Source of the DNA: Gammaproteobacteria bacterium
GTDB lineage: Bacteria; Pseudomonadota; Gammaproteobacteria; Ga0077536
NCBI GenBank assembly: GCA_963662545.2
Contig: CAXXLL010000003.1
Span: forward strand, 1,280,001 to 1,344,000
DNA length: 64,000 nt
Direction: 5' to 3'
Shown here: in pieces, positions 10,092-19,573 of the stretch
How positions within the stretch are numbered: position 1 is the stretch's first letter
How the letters are laid out: each line of letters opens with the position of its first letter
Notes under the pieces: generated by a model
The model's input: the letters and a program-made list of their open reading frames with translations, nothing else
What the model was told of the DNA's origin: nothing
Database searches by the model: none
Made by a program: the position numbers and the translations under genes

Positions 10092-11483
10092 TTATAGGTC
10101 GGCGAACTGCTCGTCCGTCGGCTCAGCGCAACAATACCAAGGCTCACTCAACTCCGCCGATGGCGCGCGGTCGGCCATTATCGGCAGGGACGGCGTCGGC
10201 CGAGCCAGGTACGCATGGGTAAGCGCCCAGATCTCCTTGAATAATTGCTCGCGGGGTTTCTCTGCGGCTTGCTGTACCACCCTCTGAACTTCGGCCTGCA
10301 GATCGTCTACCTTGGGATCGGCACTCGACCACGGATAAACGAGCGCCGCTTGCTTGAGGGGGCCGACGCGATCGCGGATCTCCTGCAACTCCAATAGCCG
10401 CGAGCCGGGCGGGATCAACAGGCGGATGGCGAGCTGCACCGGCGCGACTGCGCTCACCAGATCGAGCTCAGTAAGCGCCGCTAGAAGATCTCGGTAGTCG
10501 GTTAGTGTCGTCCAGGGCGTAAAAGCGACAAACGTTGGCGAGAGCGTCAGCCCGAGTTCATCGAAAATGCTGACTACGCGGTAGAAATCCTCGCGGGTGT
10601 GGCCTTTGTCCAGGAGGTCGAGGATCTGATCATCAACCGACTCGACGGCCGTGGTGACGAAAAGACACCCGGTAGATTTCAGCTTTGGTAGCAAGCGGCC
10701 GTGCGCGAGCAGGTGTTCGACCTTAATGGTTACGTCGTAGCTCAGCTCCGGGAATTGCTCATGCAGCGCCTCGACGATCCGCAAAGCGTGAGTCGGCCCG
10801 TTGAAGAAATCCGGATCGCCAAACGTAATATGGCGCGCGCCCGCCATCACCTGCTGGCGAAGGTCGGCCAGGACGATCGCGCGCGGCACGGCACGAAAAC
10901 GCCCGTTGTACACTGGGACCACCGGACAATGCCGGCAGCGGTGCTTGCATCCCCGACTGGCCTCGACGTAGCCGGTAACCCGCGTCTCGCCGTCGGGCAT
11001 CCGCAGAAACGCATAGCGCTCGAGCGCCGGGAGATCGCTACGGTCCGGTACCAGAAATCGCTGCCCGGCCAGGGAGACCCGCGGTTCCAGTTGCTCACCG
11101 GTCTTACATGACACGCCCGCTTCGAGCCTACCGGCGAGTGCCTTGAGTCCCGGCTCGAACTCGCCGCCCAGTACCGTCCCGACACCGAGTTCCCGAAGGT
11201 ACGCTTCGTTTGTCGGCGCATAAAGACCATAGGCGGCGATATGCGCGCGAGGGTTGAGGTGCTTCACCCGGGGGATCAGCCGGGCGGCCAGCCGGGTCGC
11301 CGTATGCATCGGCACATAGAAAGCCGCTAAGTCGGCTTTGCGAACGAGGTCTTCGTCCCAGCTCTCCACTGCCAGATCCAAGGTCCACACTGAATCGCCA
11401 CGCTCCCGCAAGCACGCAGCAGGCTCGGCCAGACCAAACGGTTGGTGGCCGAGTTCGTAGGTGGAAATGAGGACGACGTTCAA
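10092..11483 (-). CDS. Radical SAM protein with a B12-binding-type N-terminal domain, CUAEP/CCAEP-tail family
   Basis: YELGHQPFGLA N-terminus, EASRGCKHRCRHC (CxxxCxxC), HITFGDPDF, and C-terminal EPWYCCAEP encoded TGT TGC. Confidence 0.9.
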   Translation of the reverse strand: MNVVLISTYELGHQPFGLAEPAACLRERGDSVWTLDLAVESWDEDLVRKADLAAFYVPMHTATRLAARLIPRVKHLNPRAHIAAYGLYAPTNEAYLRELGVGTVLGGEFEPGLKALAGRLEAGVSCKTGEQLEPRVSLAGQRFLVPDRSDLPALERYAFLRMPDGETRVTGYVEASRGCKHRCRHCPVVPVYNGRFRAVPRAIVLADLRQQVMAGARHITFGDPDFFNGPTHALRIVEALHEQFPELSYDVTIKVEHLLAHGRLLPKLKSTGCLFVTTAVESVDDQILDLLDKGHTREDFYRVVSIFDELGLTLSPTFVAFTPWTTLTDYRDLLAALTELDLVSAVAPVQLAIRLLIPPGSRLLELQEIRDRVGPLKQAALVYPWSSADPKVDDLQAEVQRVVQQAAEKPREQLFKEIWALTHAYLARPTPSLPIMADRAPSAELSEPWYCCAEPTDEQFADL

Positions 11484-11685
11484 CCCCGGTTCAACTCGTC
11501 AAATAGGAAACGTCAATTCTATTTCTGCGGCTGCCGATAACTGAGATGTGGACCCAATGCAAAAACTCAATTGCCATTTTATTCGACCCCTGCGATTTCG
11601 ATTTCGTCGCCCGTCAAAAGGATAGTTTATCCGCGGTCTTCTCAGCGCTTCAGCCCTAATCATTTAATCGGCAACCAGCCCGGGA

Positions 11686-11714
11686 AAAAAGCCCCGCTGT
11701 TAAAGCGAGCTTTT
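11686..11714 (-). terminator. Rho-independent terminator after the Mo-oxidoreductase gene
   Basis: The minus strand reads AAAAGCTCGC-TTTAACA-GCGGGGCTTTTTT, about 20 bp after the stop at 11735. Confidence 0.65.
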
Positions 11715-11734
11715 ATCATCTTAAGATAATTCTT

Positions 11735-13864
11735 TTACGCCACCAGTTCTATCTGGACTAGATTATCCGAAAAGGTGGGGGCATGCCCCATATTCACAAA
11801 CTCGGCTGAACTGATGATATTCACCGTCCCCTTCGTCAGTTGTCGCCAGTAACCAAGCGTCGCAACGACCACACCCGGGTTGACATCATCGGTAAGCCTG
11901 GCAACGCCCTCAAATGCTCCCCGGTCATTAAAGACCCGCACTTGATCACCCTCTTTAATGCGACGTTCGTTGGCATCCACCGCGTTGATCAATACGAATT
12001 GTTCGCCCTGTTTTTTAATTTTGTTATTCATATTGGCGTAGCAGGAATTCAAAAGGGCATGGCTTTTAGGCGAGATGATATTCAATGGGTATGTCTTCGC
12101 CAATTCCGGATCCGTTGCAGCACTTTCTCTTGGCGGCACATAATCCGGCAAGGTATCCAACGGTTCACCGGGCTGAAAGGCCTCGTACATCTGACGAAAC
12201 GGCGCGATGACGAAATTACCGTTTGCGGCGGTTGCCGACAAGAGTTCACACTTACCTGATGGCGTCGGAAAGTTACCTTTCTTATGGGGCGCCCGATCAT
12301 CCGGCGTGCCAATCGTAAGACGGGCATAACCATGTTCGCGCAGGTAATTCAGATCGATTCCCTCACAAGCGGGTGAATCCCAGTCAATGAAATTTTCCAG
12401 GCATTCGGAATCCGACCATTTAAAACAGTCTTCCTCAAAACCCATGCGCGCCGCCAGGCGTCTGAAGATTTCTCTGTTGGAAACGGTTTCACCCGGTGAC
12501 TCGACACATTGGGTGTTGTAGGTAAGGTAGTTATTTCCCCAGGACAAGATGATGTCTTCCATTTCTGCGCCCATGGCAGCGGGAAGAACGATATCTGCAT
12601 AGGCTGCGGTATCCGAAATAAAATGCTCGGCGGAGACCAGGAACAAATCTTCCCGCTGCAAGCCTTCGACAATCTTGTCACACTCCGGCGCCTGGGTGAC
12701 CGGGTTTGAATTCCAGCACATCATCGATTTGATCGGCGGATCCAGGGGTATTTCACCAATCAATGCACGGCCAATTTGCAGATTATTGACCACGCGTGTG
12801 CCTTCCGGAATAAAGTCAGGTCGCGAAATAACGTCCAGCTTGTAGGGATGTTCCCAGAACGTCATTTGATGAATGCCGCCACCGACGTCACGCCAGGCAC
12901 CGGTTAATGCCGGAATGCAACACACAGCGCGAATCGTTTGCCCTCCACCGTAATGTTTTTCCAGGGCCACACCGATGCGGATGGCGGCCGGTTTTGTGGT
13001 CGATAATTCGCGAGCCAGCGTGCGTATGTCCTCCGCGCTTACGCCGGTAATTTCTTCGGCCCACTCCGGCGTGCGTGTTTCAGCCCTTGCAGCCAGTTCG
13101 TCATAACCAACGGTGTAATTATCGATGTAATCCTGATCGACGAGGCCCTCCTCGATAATCGTGCTAATTATTGCCATCGCGAGCGCACCATCGGTTCCGG
13201 GTTTTGGTGCGAGATGCCAATCGGCTTGCCTGGCAGTGCGCGACTTGTAGGCATCAATCACCACCACCTTGGCACCTTTTTTTCGGGCATCTTTAACGAA
13301 ATGCCAATGGTGCAGGTTGGTGCTAACGCTATTACATGCCCAGATAACGATATATTTTGAGTGAACAAAACTCTCAGGGTCCATTCCGCCACTGGGGCCA
13401 TAGGTCAGTACCCAGGCGGTGGCCGAACCTACGCCACACCATGTCCGCTCACAAACCGTTGCTCCGAGTCGGTTAAAAAAGGCATCCCCGCCGTTTAGTC
13501 CATTAATAAGTCCCTGATGACCTGCATAGCTGTAGGGCATGATCGCCTGCGGGCCATACTCATCGATAATGGCCTGCCATCGATCTGTGATTTCATCCAG
13601 TGCTTCGCCCCAGGAAATCCGCTCGAACTGTTTAGACCCTTTGGGCCCCGTTCGGCGCAGGGGATAGAGGATACGATCGGGATGGTAATGGCGCTTTTCA
13701 TAATCATCTAACTTTACACAGAGCCCGCCCCGCGTCATGGGATGTTCTTTATTACCATGGACACCGACCAGTTTTCCTTCTTCGACTTCAAGTACCATCG
13801 CACAGGTATCAGGACAATCGTGTGGACATCCTCCGTAATAGGTTTCTTTAACTTGTGCAGACAT
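11735..13864 (-). CDS. Cytoplasmic molybdopterin (bis-MGD) oxidoreductase, YoaE-like
   Basis: CPHDCPDTC Fe-S motif, GGLCVK, PLRRTGPKGS..FERISW, PGTDGALA, TAAYADIVLPA. No Tat signal. Confidence 0.92.
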   Translation of the reverse strand: MSAQVKETYYGGCPHDCPDTCAMVLEVEEGKLVGVHGNKEHPMTRGGLCVKLDDYEKRHYHPDRILYPLRRTGPKGSKQFERISWGEALDEITDRWQAIIDEYGPQAIMPYSYAGHQGLINGLNGGDAFFNRLGATVCERTWCGVGSATAWVLTYGPSGGMDPESFVHSKYIVIWACNSVSTNLHHWHFVKDARKKGAKVVVIDAYKSRTARQADWHLAPKPGTDGALAMAIISTIIEEGLVDQDYIDNYTVGYDELAARAETRTPEWAEEITGVSAEDIRTLARELSTTKPAAIRIGVALEKHYGGGQTIRAVCCIPALTGAWRDVGGGIHQMTFWEHPYKLDVISRPDFIPEGTRVVNNLQIGRALIGEIPLDPPIKSMMCWNSNPVTQAPECDKIVEGLQREDLFLVSAEHFISDTAAYADIVLPAAMGAEMEDIILSWGNNYLTYNTQCVESPGETVSNREIFRRLAARMGFEEDCFKWSDSECLENFIDWDSPACEGIDLNYLREHGYARLTIGTPDDRAPHKKGNFPTPSGKCELLSATAANGNFVIAPFRQMYEAFQPGEPLDTLPDYVPPRESAATDPELAKTYPLNIISPKSHALLNSCYANMNNKIKKQGEQFVLINAVDANERRIKEGDQVRVFNDRGAFEGVARLTDDVNPGVVVATLGYWRQLTKGTVNIISSAEFVNMGHAPTFSDNLVQIELVA

Positions 13865-14188
13865 TGTTTGACTCTCCTCGCACTGGAAGCTTACAGAGGT
13901 AAGCCCAGTATAAACCGTCTATCGAGACAGCCCTTTTTTACTCGAAATTCCAGCAGTACCTGGTACGCCTTAGGTCTTATCTTCTGGTTTCCAAAATTAG
14001 GTCAATGCCATCTGACAGCGATGTTTCGCGTTGCGGGGCTCAGGTCTTGCGTATTCCCTAGCACGAAGGCAGCTTAGGCAAAAGGCAAGAGCTGACCCCG
14101 ATACCCTCCCCTGCGGATCCTGGCCCTCGATTACCCCACCTCCAAAATGAAACAATAGGCGACGAATCGCTACCCGCGGAGATCAGCT

Positions 14189-15262
14189 ATGGATTTTGGT
14201 ATCAGTTTCCCGACCTACATCCGCTCCTGGCACGATGCCAAGATGGCGGAGGACTACGGTTTTTCACACGCCTGGTTCTACGACTCGCAGATGTGCTACA
14301 GCGATGTCTATGCCAGCATGGCGCTCTGTGCGTACCATACGCGAACGCTGAAACTCGGGACTTTCGTCTCCATTCTCGGCAACCGCATCGCCCCGGTCAC
14401 CGCGCATTCCATCGCCACCATCAACGAACTCGCGCCCGGACGGGCGATACTCGGGGTTGGCACGGGGTTCACCGGCCGCAACGTGATGGGCATGCCGCCG
14501 ATTCCCCTCAAGACGATGCGGGCACATGTCGAAATCATCCGCGACCTGTTGGCGGGCAAGGAGGTGCTCTACAGCGAAGGTGAGCGCGAACGTCACATTA
14601 AGTTTCTTCACCCCGACAGTGGCTACATCAACATCAAGGATCCGATCCCGATCCACATGGCGTCGAACGGACCCAAGGCTTTGAAACTCGCCGGCGAAAT
14701 CGCCGACGGTTGGATTACCATCGGCCTCGATCCGCAGCACATCGCCGACAGTATCAAAACCATCAAGGAAAGCGCGAAAGCGGTGGGCCGGGATTTATCC
14801 GAAGTCTATTGCAGCAACCTGACCTCGGGCTGCGTGCTGCGTCCGGGCGAATCGATTACCTCGCCCCGGGTCCTGCGTCAAATCGGCCCGTTCGCGATCC
14901 TGCTGCTGCACACCAACTGGGATCCGGTGGAGATGAAAGTCGGTCCCTTCGCGCCGCCCGCAGTGGCGCCGCTAGCCAAGCGCTATTTCGAAGAACACGT
15001 CATGCAGATGAAAACGCCGCTAGACCGGCGCTTTCAGGAAATGCACCTAGGTCACCTGGTCTTCGTCCGGCCGGGCGAAGAGGCGTTCATCACGCCCGAG
15101 CTGATCAAGATCTCGACTTTGACCGGATCTGCAGCGGAGATCATCGATCGCGTGCATGAACTCGAAGAAGCCGGGGTGAGCAACATCGCCTTGAACGTCT
15201 GCGGGACCGATGCGCGGGAGATGATCCGCGAGTTCGGCAATGAGGTGATTGCGAAACTCTGA
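14189..15262 (+). CDS. LLM-class flavin/F420-dependent oxidoreductase
   Basis: AEDYGFSHAWFYDSQ, ATINELAPGRAILGVGTG, GPKALKLAGEIADG. Confidence 0.9.
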   Translation: MDFGISFPTYIRSWHDAKMAEDYGFSHAWFYDSQMCYSDVYASMALCAYHTRTLKLGTFVSILGNRIAPVTAHSIATINELAPGRAILGVGTGFTGRNVMGMPPIPLKTMRAHVEIIRDLLAGKEVLYSEGERERHIKFLHPDSGYINIKDPIPIHMASNGPKALKLAGEIADGWITIGLDPQHIADSIKTIKESAKAVGRDLSEVYCSNLTSGCVLRPGESITSPRVLRQIGPFAILLLHTNWDPVEMKVGPFAPPAVAPLAKRYFEEHVMQMKTPLDRRFQEMHLGHLVFVRPGEEAFITPELIKISTLTGSAAEIIDRVHELEEAGVSNIALNVCGTDAREMIREFGNEVIAKL

Positions 15263-15267
15263 TCTAA

Positions 15268-15429
15268 GGAGCCTCTGAACAAGTCATGGTGCGTCTGAAT
15301 TGTTCATGAAATCGTGCAGATCAAGGCACGAATCGCAGGCAATAGCGGGGACTATTGGCAAGGTTCGTAACGCCGAGCTGCGCGATTTCATGGTCAAGGC
15401 AGATGTGCCATGGCTTATTCAGAGGTTCC
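15268..15429. mobile_element. 162-bp MITE, copy 1 (TIR GGAACCTCTGAATAA-like, TSD CTAA)
   Basis: Near-identical to 47325-47486 and 57364-57525. Has terminal inverted repeats and is flanked by CTAA on both sides. Confidence 0.85.
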
Positions 15430-15472
15430 CTAAGAGGGGGACGGTGCGGGCATTCTGCACCGCGGCGATCGA

Positions 15473-15495
15473 TTCGCCCGCAAGCGGGTTCCTAC
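15473..15495 (-). repeat. GTAG-type REP element
   Basis: Reverse complement is GTAGGAACCCGCTTGCGGGCGAA. Related copies at 26167, 31189, 43629, 63245 and 63279. Confidence 0.75.
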
Positions 15496-15507
15496 GCCAA
15501 AACATCA

Positions 15508-17757
15508 TCAAGCGGCGGCCGCGAGTTTCTCGACCGTCACTGACACGGTATGCAGGGCCGGCGTCATCGACGGTAGGTCGACGTCGGTCTCGTCGGAGAT
15601 ATCGTTGAAGCTCACAGTGTCGAGCTTGGACGCGATCGAAAGCTTCGTGCCGGGCACGTTCTGACCGTAGCCTTGGGGCAGGCTCAATACGCCCGGCATC
15701 ATTGTTTCGGTGACTTCGACCAAGGCCTCGAGCGACAAGTGGCGGGCTCTCACCCGCACGCGTTCACCGGTCTCGACCCCCAAACGCTCCGCGTCGTCGG
15801 GATGCATCAGAAGCATGCAGGCATTCTTGCCTTTGACGAGAAATTGCAGGTTGTTCATCCACGAATTGACCGAGCGCACGTGGCGCCGGCCGACGAGCAA
15901 TAGACCCTCGTCCGGCACGTATGCATCCAGCCGCTCGATATCGTCCATGATGACCTGCGGTGTCAGATCGATCTTCCCATTCGGGGTCTTGAGCAAGCCG
16001 GGCAGCTGTGGATCCATCGGGCCGAGGTCGAGGCCATGCGGGTGTTGCTTGAGCTTATCGAGATTCAGGCCTTCCGGTCTGGCGCCGAAGAAGTCGCCGT
16101 GCGGACCCGTCCGCAGCAGGACATCGTACAAGCGATTGGGTCCGGGCTCCTCGCCGATGAGTTGGCGCGCTTGCTGCCGCGATACGCGATCGCGGAGCGG
16201 GTGATCGGCCATGTACTTTTCGAGCAGGCCATCGACGGTCGCTTCTTCGAGCGCGGCCGGAGTGGTATCGGACAGGCGTGCGCCCAGGTTCAAAAAGACT
16301 TCCCAGTCCGCCAGGGTTCCGGGTTCGAGATCGAGCGCCGGCGCCGTCCACTTGGCATATTTTCTGACCATGAACGGCACGGAAAACAGCGGAAACGCCG
16401 CATGGCGCACGGCCGTTGGCGTCGGCAGGATGAAATCCGCGAAACGCGACGTTTCATTGACGTAGATATCCATGCAGACCAGCAAGTCGAGCGTCTGTAC
16501 GGCGGCCGCGGTTCGTTCGCGGTTCGGAATCGAAGTGACCGGGTTGCCCGTGATGGTGAAAAGGCCGCGTATCTGGCCCTGCCCTGGCGTGGTGATCTCG
16601 TCGGCCAGGGTGATCGCCGGCAGGACACCGCCGATCTCAGGCAGATTTCTGACGCGCGAGCGGAATTTCGCATAGGGCGGCTGATCGCCTTCGTAAGTAT
16701 CGTTGAGCAGCACGGACGGCACCACGCCGACCGGAAACATCGCACCGCCGGGCCGGTCCAAGTTACCGCTCAGGATATTGACGATGTCTAGCAGCCAGGA
16801 CGTGATCGATCCGAAGCGCTGCAGTGACGTCCCGACCCGGCCGTAGCACGCTGCGCGCTCGGCACCGAAGAACTCGACGGCTAGTTGACGAACGACATCG
16901 ACGGACACGCCCGTGATGGCAGAGACTCGTTCAGGCGGGAATCCGGAAGCAATGCGTTTTACGGTTTCGACCTGTTGTTCATCGATGAGCGCTTCGACCG
17001 CGCCGAGCGACACCAGGTTTTCCGCGAATGCGACGTTTATCATGCCCAACATGAGCTGGGAATCCGTGGACGGCCGGACGGCGACGTGTTGATCGGCCAG
17101 CGCCGCGGTTTCGGTGAAACGTGGATCCACCACCACCAGCTTGCCGCCGCGACTGCGGATGGCTTTCAACCGGCGCGGCATGCCGGGCGCGCCTATCAGG
17201 CTTCCGCCCGAAGCGACGGGATTGGCGCCAATGATCAAAAGATAGTCCGTACGGTCGAGGTCCGGTACCGGGATCGCAGCCTGGTCGCCGAACAGCAAAC
17301 CGCTCGAAAGGAGCTTAGGCGCGTGATCAATACTCGACGTGCCGAATGCGTTCTTCGATTTCAAACTCCTGGCGAACACGCCGCCGTAAAGCATCACGCC
17401 CGGATGATGGATGGTGGCGTTGCCGAAATACGTCGCGAGCCCATCGTAGCCGTAACCCTGTTGTATCGCCTTGGCCCGCGCCGCAATCTCATCAAAGGCC
17501 TCGTCCCAGCCGACTTCTTCAAAGTCGTTGCCTTTTTTGCGCAGCGGTTTGCGGACCAGATCGGGATCCTCCTGGATCTTGGTCAGGGCGTGCATTTTCG
17601 CGCAGACGAATCCGCGGCTGAAAGGATCGTCCTTGTCGCCTTTAGCCGAGATGACTTTCTGTTTTTCGCGATCAATTTCGAGAATGACCCCGCAATTGGC
17701 TTCGCAGAACGGGCAGATGCTGGTCTGCTTGATGATGTTTGCATGAGCTTGAGTCAT
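15508..17757 (-). CDS. Molybdopterin (bis-MGD) oxidoreductase of an uncharacterised subfamily
   Basis: CPFCEANCG...GFVCAK Fe-S motif, IIGANP..SGGS, VVVDPRFTETA, DIYVNETSRFADFILP, GRRH.RS.NSWM. Start MTQAH at 17757 with a GGAGG RBS. Confidence 0.92.
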   Translation of the reverse strand: MTQAHANIIKQTSICPFCEANCGVILEIDREKQKVISAKGDKDDPFSRGFVCAKMHALTKIQEDPDLVRKPLRKKGNDFEEVGWDEAFDEIAARAKAIQQGYGYDGLATYFGNATIHHPGVMLYGGVFARSLKSKNAFGTSSIDHAPKLLSSGLLFGDQAAIPVPDLDRTDYLLIIGANPVASGGSLIGAPGMPRRLKAIRSRGGKLVVVDPRFTETAALADQHVAVRPSTDSQLMLGMINVAFAENLVSLGAVEALIDEQQVETVKRIASGFPPERVSAITGVSVDVVRQLAVEFFGAERAACYGRVGTSLQRFGSITSWLLDIVNILSGNLDRPGGAMFPVGVVPSVLLNDTYEGDQPPYAKFRSRVRNLPEIGGVLPAITLADEITTPGQGQIRGLFTITGNPVTSIPNRERTAAAVQTLDLLVCMDIYVNETSRFADFILPTPTAVRHAAFPLFSVPFMVRKYAKWTAPALDLEPGTLADWEVFLNLGARLSDTTPAALEEATVDGLLEKYMADHPLRDRVSRQQARQLIGEEPGPNRLYDVLLRTGPHGDFFGARPEGLNLDKLKQHPHGLDLGPMDPQLPGLLKTPNGKIDLTPQVIMDDIERLDAYVPDEGLLLVGRRHVRSVNSWMNNLQFLVKGKNACMLLMHPDDAERLGVETGERVRVRARHLSLEALVEVTETMMPGVLSLPQGYGQNVPGTKLSIASKLDTVSFNDISDETDVDLPSMTPALHTVSVTVEKLAAAA

Positions 17758-17964
17758 CGGCCGCCTCCTGGTGTCGTGCCGGACGGTGACAGAAACACCG
17801 CGATGAGGGCACAAGCCGAGCTAAGCTGCTTCGAGCGCGCTCGGCATGGATTCGATCGACTTCGATTGAATCACAATTTGAAATGCGGTGCGATCTATTT
17901 GACTATACTTTCCTCCCCGGCTTACTGCTATTTGACGACGATTAATGACAACTGGAGATAACAC

Positions 17965-18372
17965 ATGGTTAAGCGAAGCAATCCTGACGTCGGTTACTTC
18001 TCGAACGACGTGTTCGAGGCGTATGCGTTTACCCAGACGATCAAGACCGGTAACCATATTTACCTGTCCGGCATCGCCCCTTTGCGAGGGAGTAACGACA
18101 ATATCGAACTGGTTGGGGAAGGTGATATTAGAGCGCAGGTCAGTTTCTGCCTCGAGGTGCTCAAGGGATGCCTCGCCGCCGAGGGAGTAGGCCTCGAAAA
18201 CTGGGTAGCTCACACGGTGTACGGCACCGATATGAAGGAATTGCATAAGACGGCGGATATTTTCGTCGACGTGTTCGGTGAATACCCGCCGACCAGCACC
18301 TGGGTCGAGATCAAGGGCTTGTTCGTTCCCGGACAGATGGTCGAGATCACGGGTTTCGCGGTCGTCGACTGA
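17965..18372 (+). CDS. RidA/YjgF family protein
   Basis: FTQTIKTGNHIYLSG, PPTSTWVEIKGL..PGQMVEI. Confidence 0.85.
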   Translation: MVKRSNPDVGYFSNDVFEAYAFTQTIKTGNHIYLSGIAPLRGSNDNIELVGEGDIRAQVSFCLEVLKGCLAAEGVGLENWVAHTVYGTDMKELHKTADIFVDVFGEYPPTSTWVEIKGLFVPGQMVEITGFAVVD

Positions 18373-18385
18373 CGAGGCGCCGCGC

Positions 18386-19156
18386 TTGCTCGACATCGCC
18401 GGCCGCTGGTTCGAACGTAAACGGCTTGGCGGCAGCGTCACCTGTCTGTGGGAGCCGCACGTGCACCCGCTTCTGCGCTGCAATATCTGGCACGTAGACG
18501 GGCGGGACCGCAATCTGCTGGTCGACACCGGGCTCGGCGTGGCGTCGCTACGCGAGGCCATCGCCGATTTGATCGACAAGCCGCTCGATGCCGTGGCGAC
18601 CCACATTCACTACGATCATGTCGGTGGTCTGCATGAATTTGAGACCCGCCTCATGCATGAAGCCGAAGCCGCCCAAATGAATCCTTACGAGGAATTCGGA
18701 ACGCTCGAAACAGCCGATTTCGGAGAACTGCTTGCACTCTTGTCCGACGCCGGATACGCGCTCGAGAGCGATCTCCTGATCGACGCGCTGCCGCATGTGG
18801 GATATGAACCCGAATCCTATGCGGTCACTCCGACGACGCCGACCGGCACGCTCGCGCAAGGCGACGCTATCGATCTCGGCGACCGCCGTTTCGAGATCCT
18901 ACACCTGCCGGGACATTCCCGTGGAAGCATCGGCCTATGGGATGCTTCGAGCGGCATGCTGTTTTCCGGCGATGCAGTCTACGACGGACCGCTGATCGAC
19001 GTGTTGCCCGAAAGTGATATCGCGGATTACATCGTCACCATGAAACGACTCCGCGAACTGCCGGTAGAGATCGTTCATGCGGGGCATGAAGCGAGCTTCG
19101 GCCGCGTCCGCCTGATCGAGCTGATCGATGCCTATCTCGATAAGCGTGATGCTTGA
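18386..19156 (+). CDS. MBL-fold metallo-hydrolase
   Basis: LVDTGLG, THIHYDHVGG, HLPGHS.GS, LFSGDAVY, VHAGH. A TTG start at 18386 is assumed. Confidence 0.9.
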   Translation: MLDIAGRWFERKRLGGSVTCLWEPHVHPLLRCNIWHVDGRDRNLLVDTGLGVASLREAIADLIDKPLDAVATHIHYDHVGGLHEFETRLMHEAEAAQMNPYEEFGTLETADFGELLALLSDAGYALESDLLIDALPHVGYEPESYAVTPTTPTGTLAQGDAIDLGDRRFEILHLPGHSRGSIGLWDASSGMLFSGDAVYDGPLIDVLPESDIADYIVTMKRLRELPVEIVHAGHEASFGRVRLIELIDAYLDKRDA

Positions 19157-19313
19157 CGTTCAAGCTACGTGCGTCCGCCAGTGGGAATTTGATCAACTAT
19201 TCATTGCCTGGGGCCCCTGGCGTCACGTTGCGGGCTTTGTTTGAACGCAGGGTGGAGTAGTTTCGAAGGTGGGTGCCTGCCATCCCTGGCGTTACGCAAC
19301 AGTCTTCGTTCAG

Positions 19314-19548
19314 CCCCAGCCCAGCCATCCATGGCTGGGCGCTCGCCGGGAGAAAGCCATGTTAAATGGCTTTCTCCTTACTCCGACTCGCCCCCAGCCC
19401 AGCCATCCATGGCTGGGCGCTCGCCGGGAGAAAGCCACGTTAAATGGCTTTCTCCTTACTCCGACTCGCCCCAGCCCGCACATCCTTGTGCGGGCGCGCG
19501 TCGGGAAAAAGCCACGTTAAGTGGCTTTTTCCCGACGCGCCCCAACCC
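19314..19548. repeat. Tandem ~78-bp double-hairpin repeat (two near-identical units and one diverged unit)
   Basis: The unit contains GCCCAGCCA-TCCA-TGGCTGGGC and GGAGAAAGCCA-N7-TGGCTTTCTCC. Units start at 19314, 19392 and 19469. Confidence 0.9.
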
Positions 19549-19573
19549 TCTAAATAGGCAACCCGATTGCTGA

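Noticed and set aside
10092-10150. Selenocysteine recoding in the rSAM tail
   Set aside because: The codons are TGT TGC; there is no in-frame TGA.
15300-15608. ORFs over the MITE and repeats (also 19241-19573 and 57417-57614)
   Set aside because: They are translations of non-coding repeats and have no transposase motifs.
19314-19548. CRISPR array
   Set aside because: The whole 78-bp units repeat with no unique spacers, and there are no cas genes.
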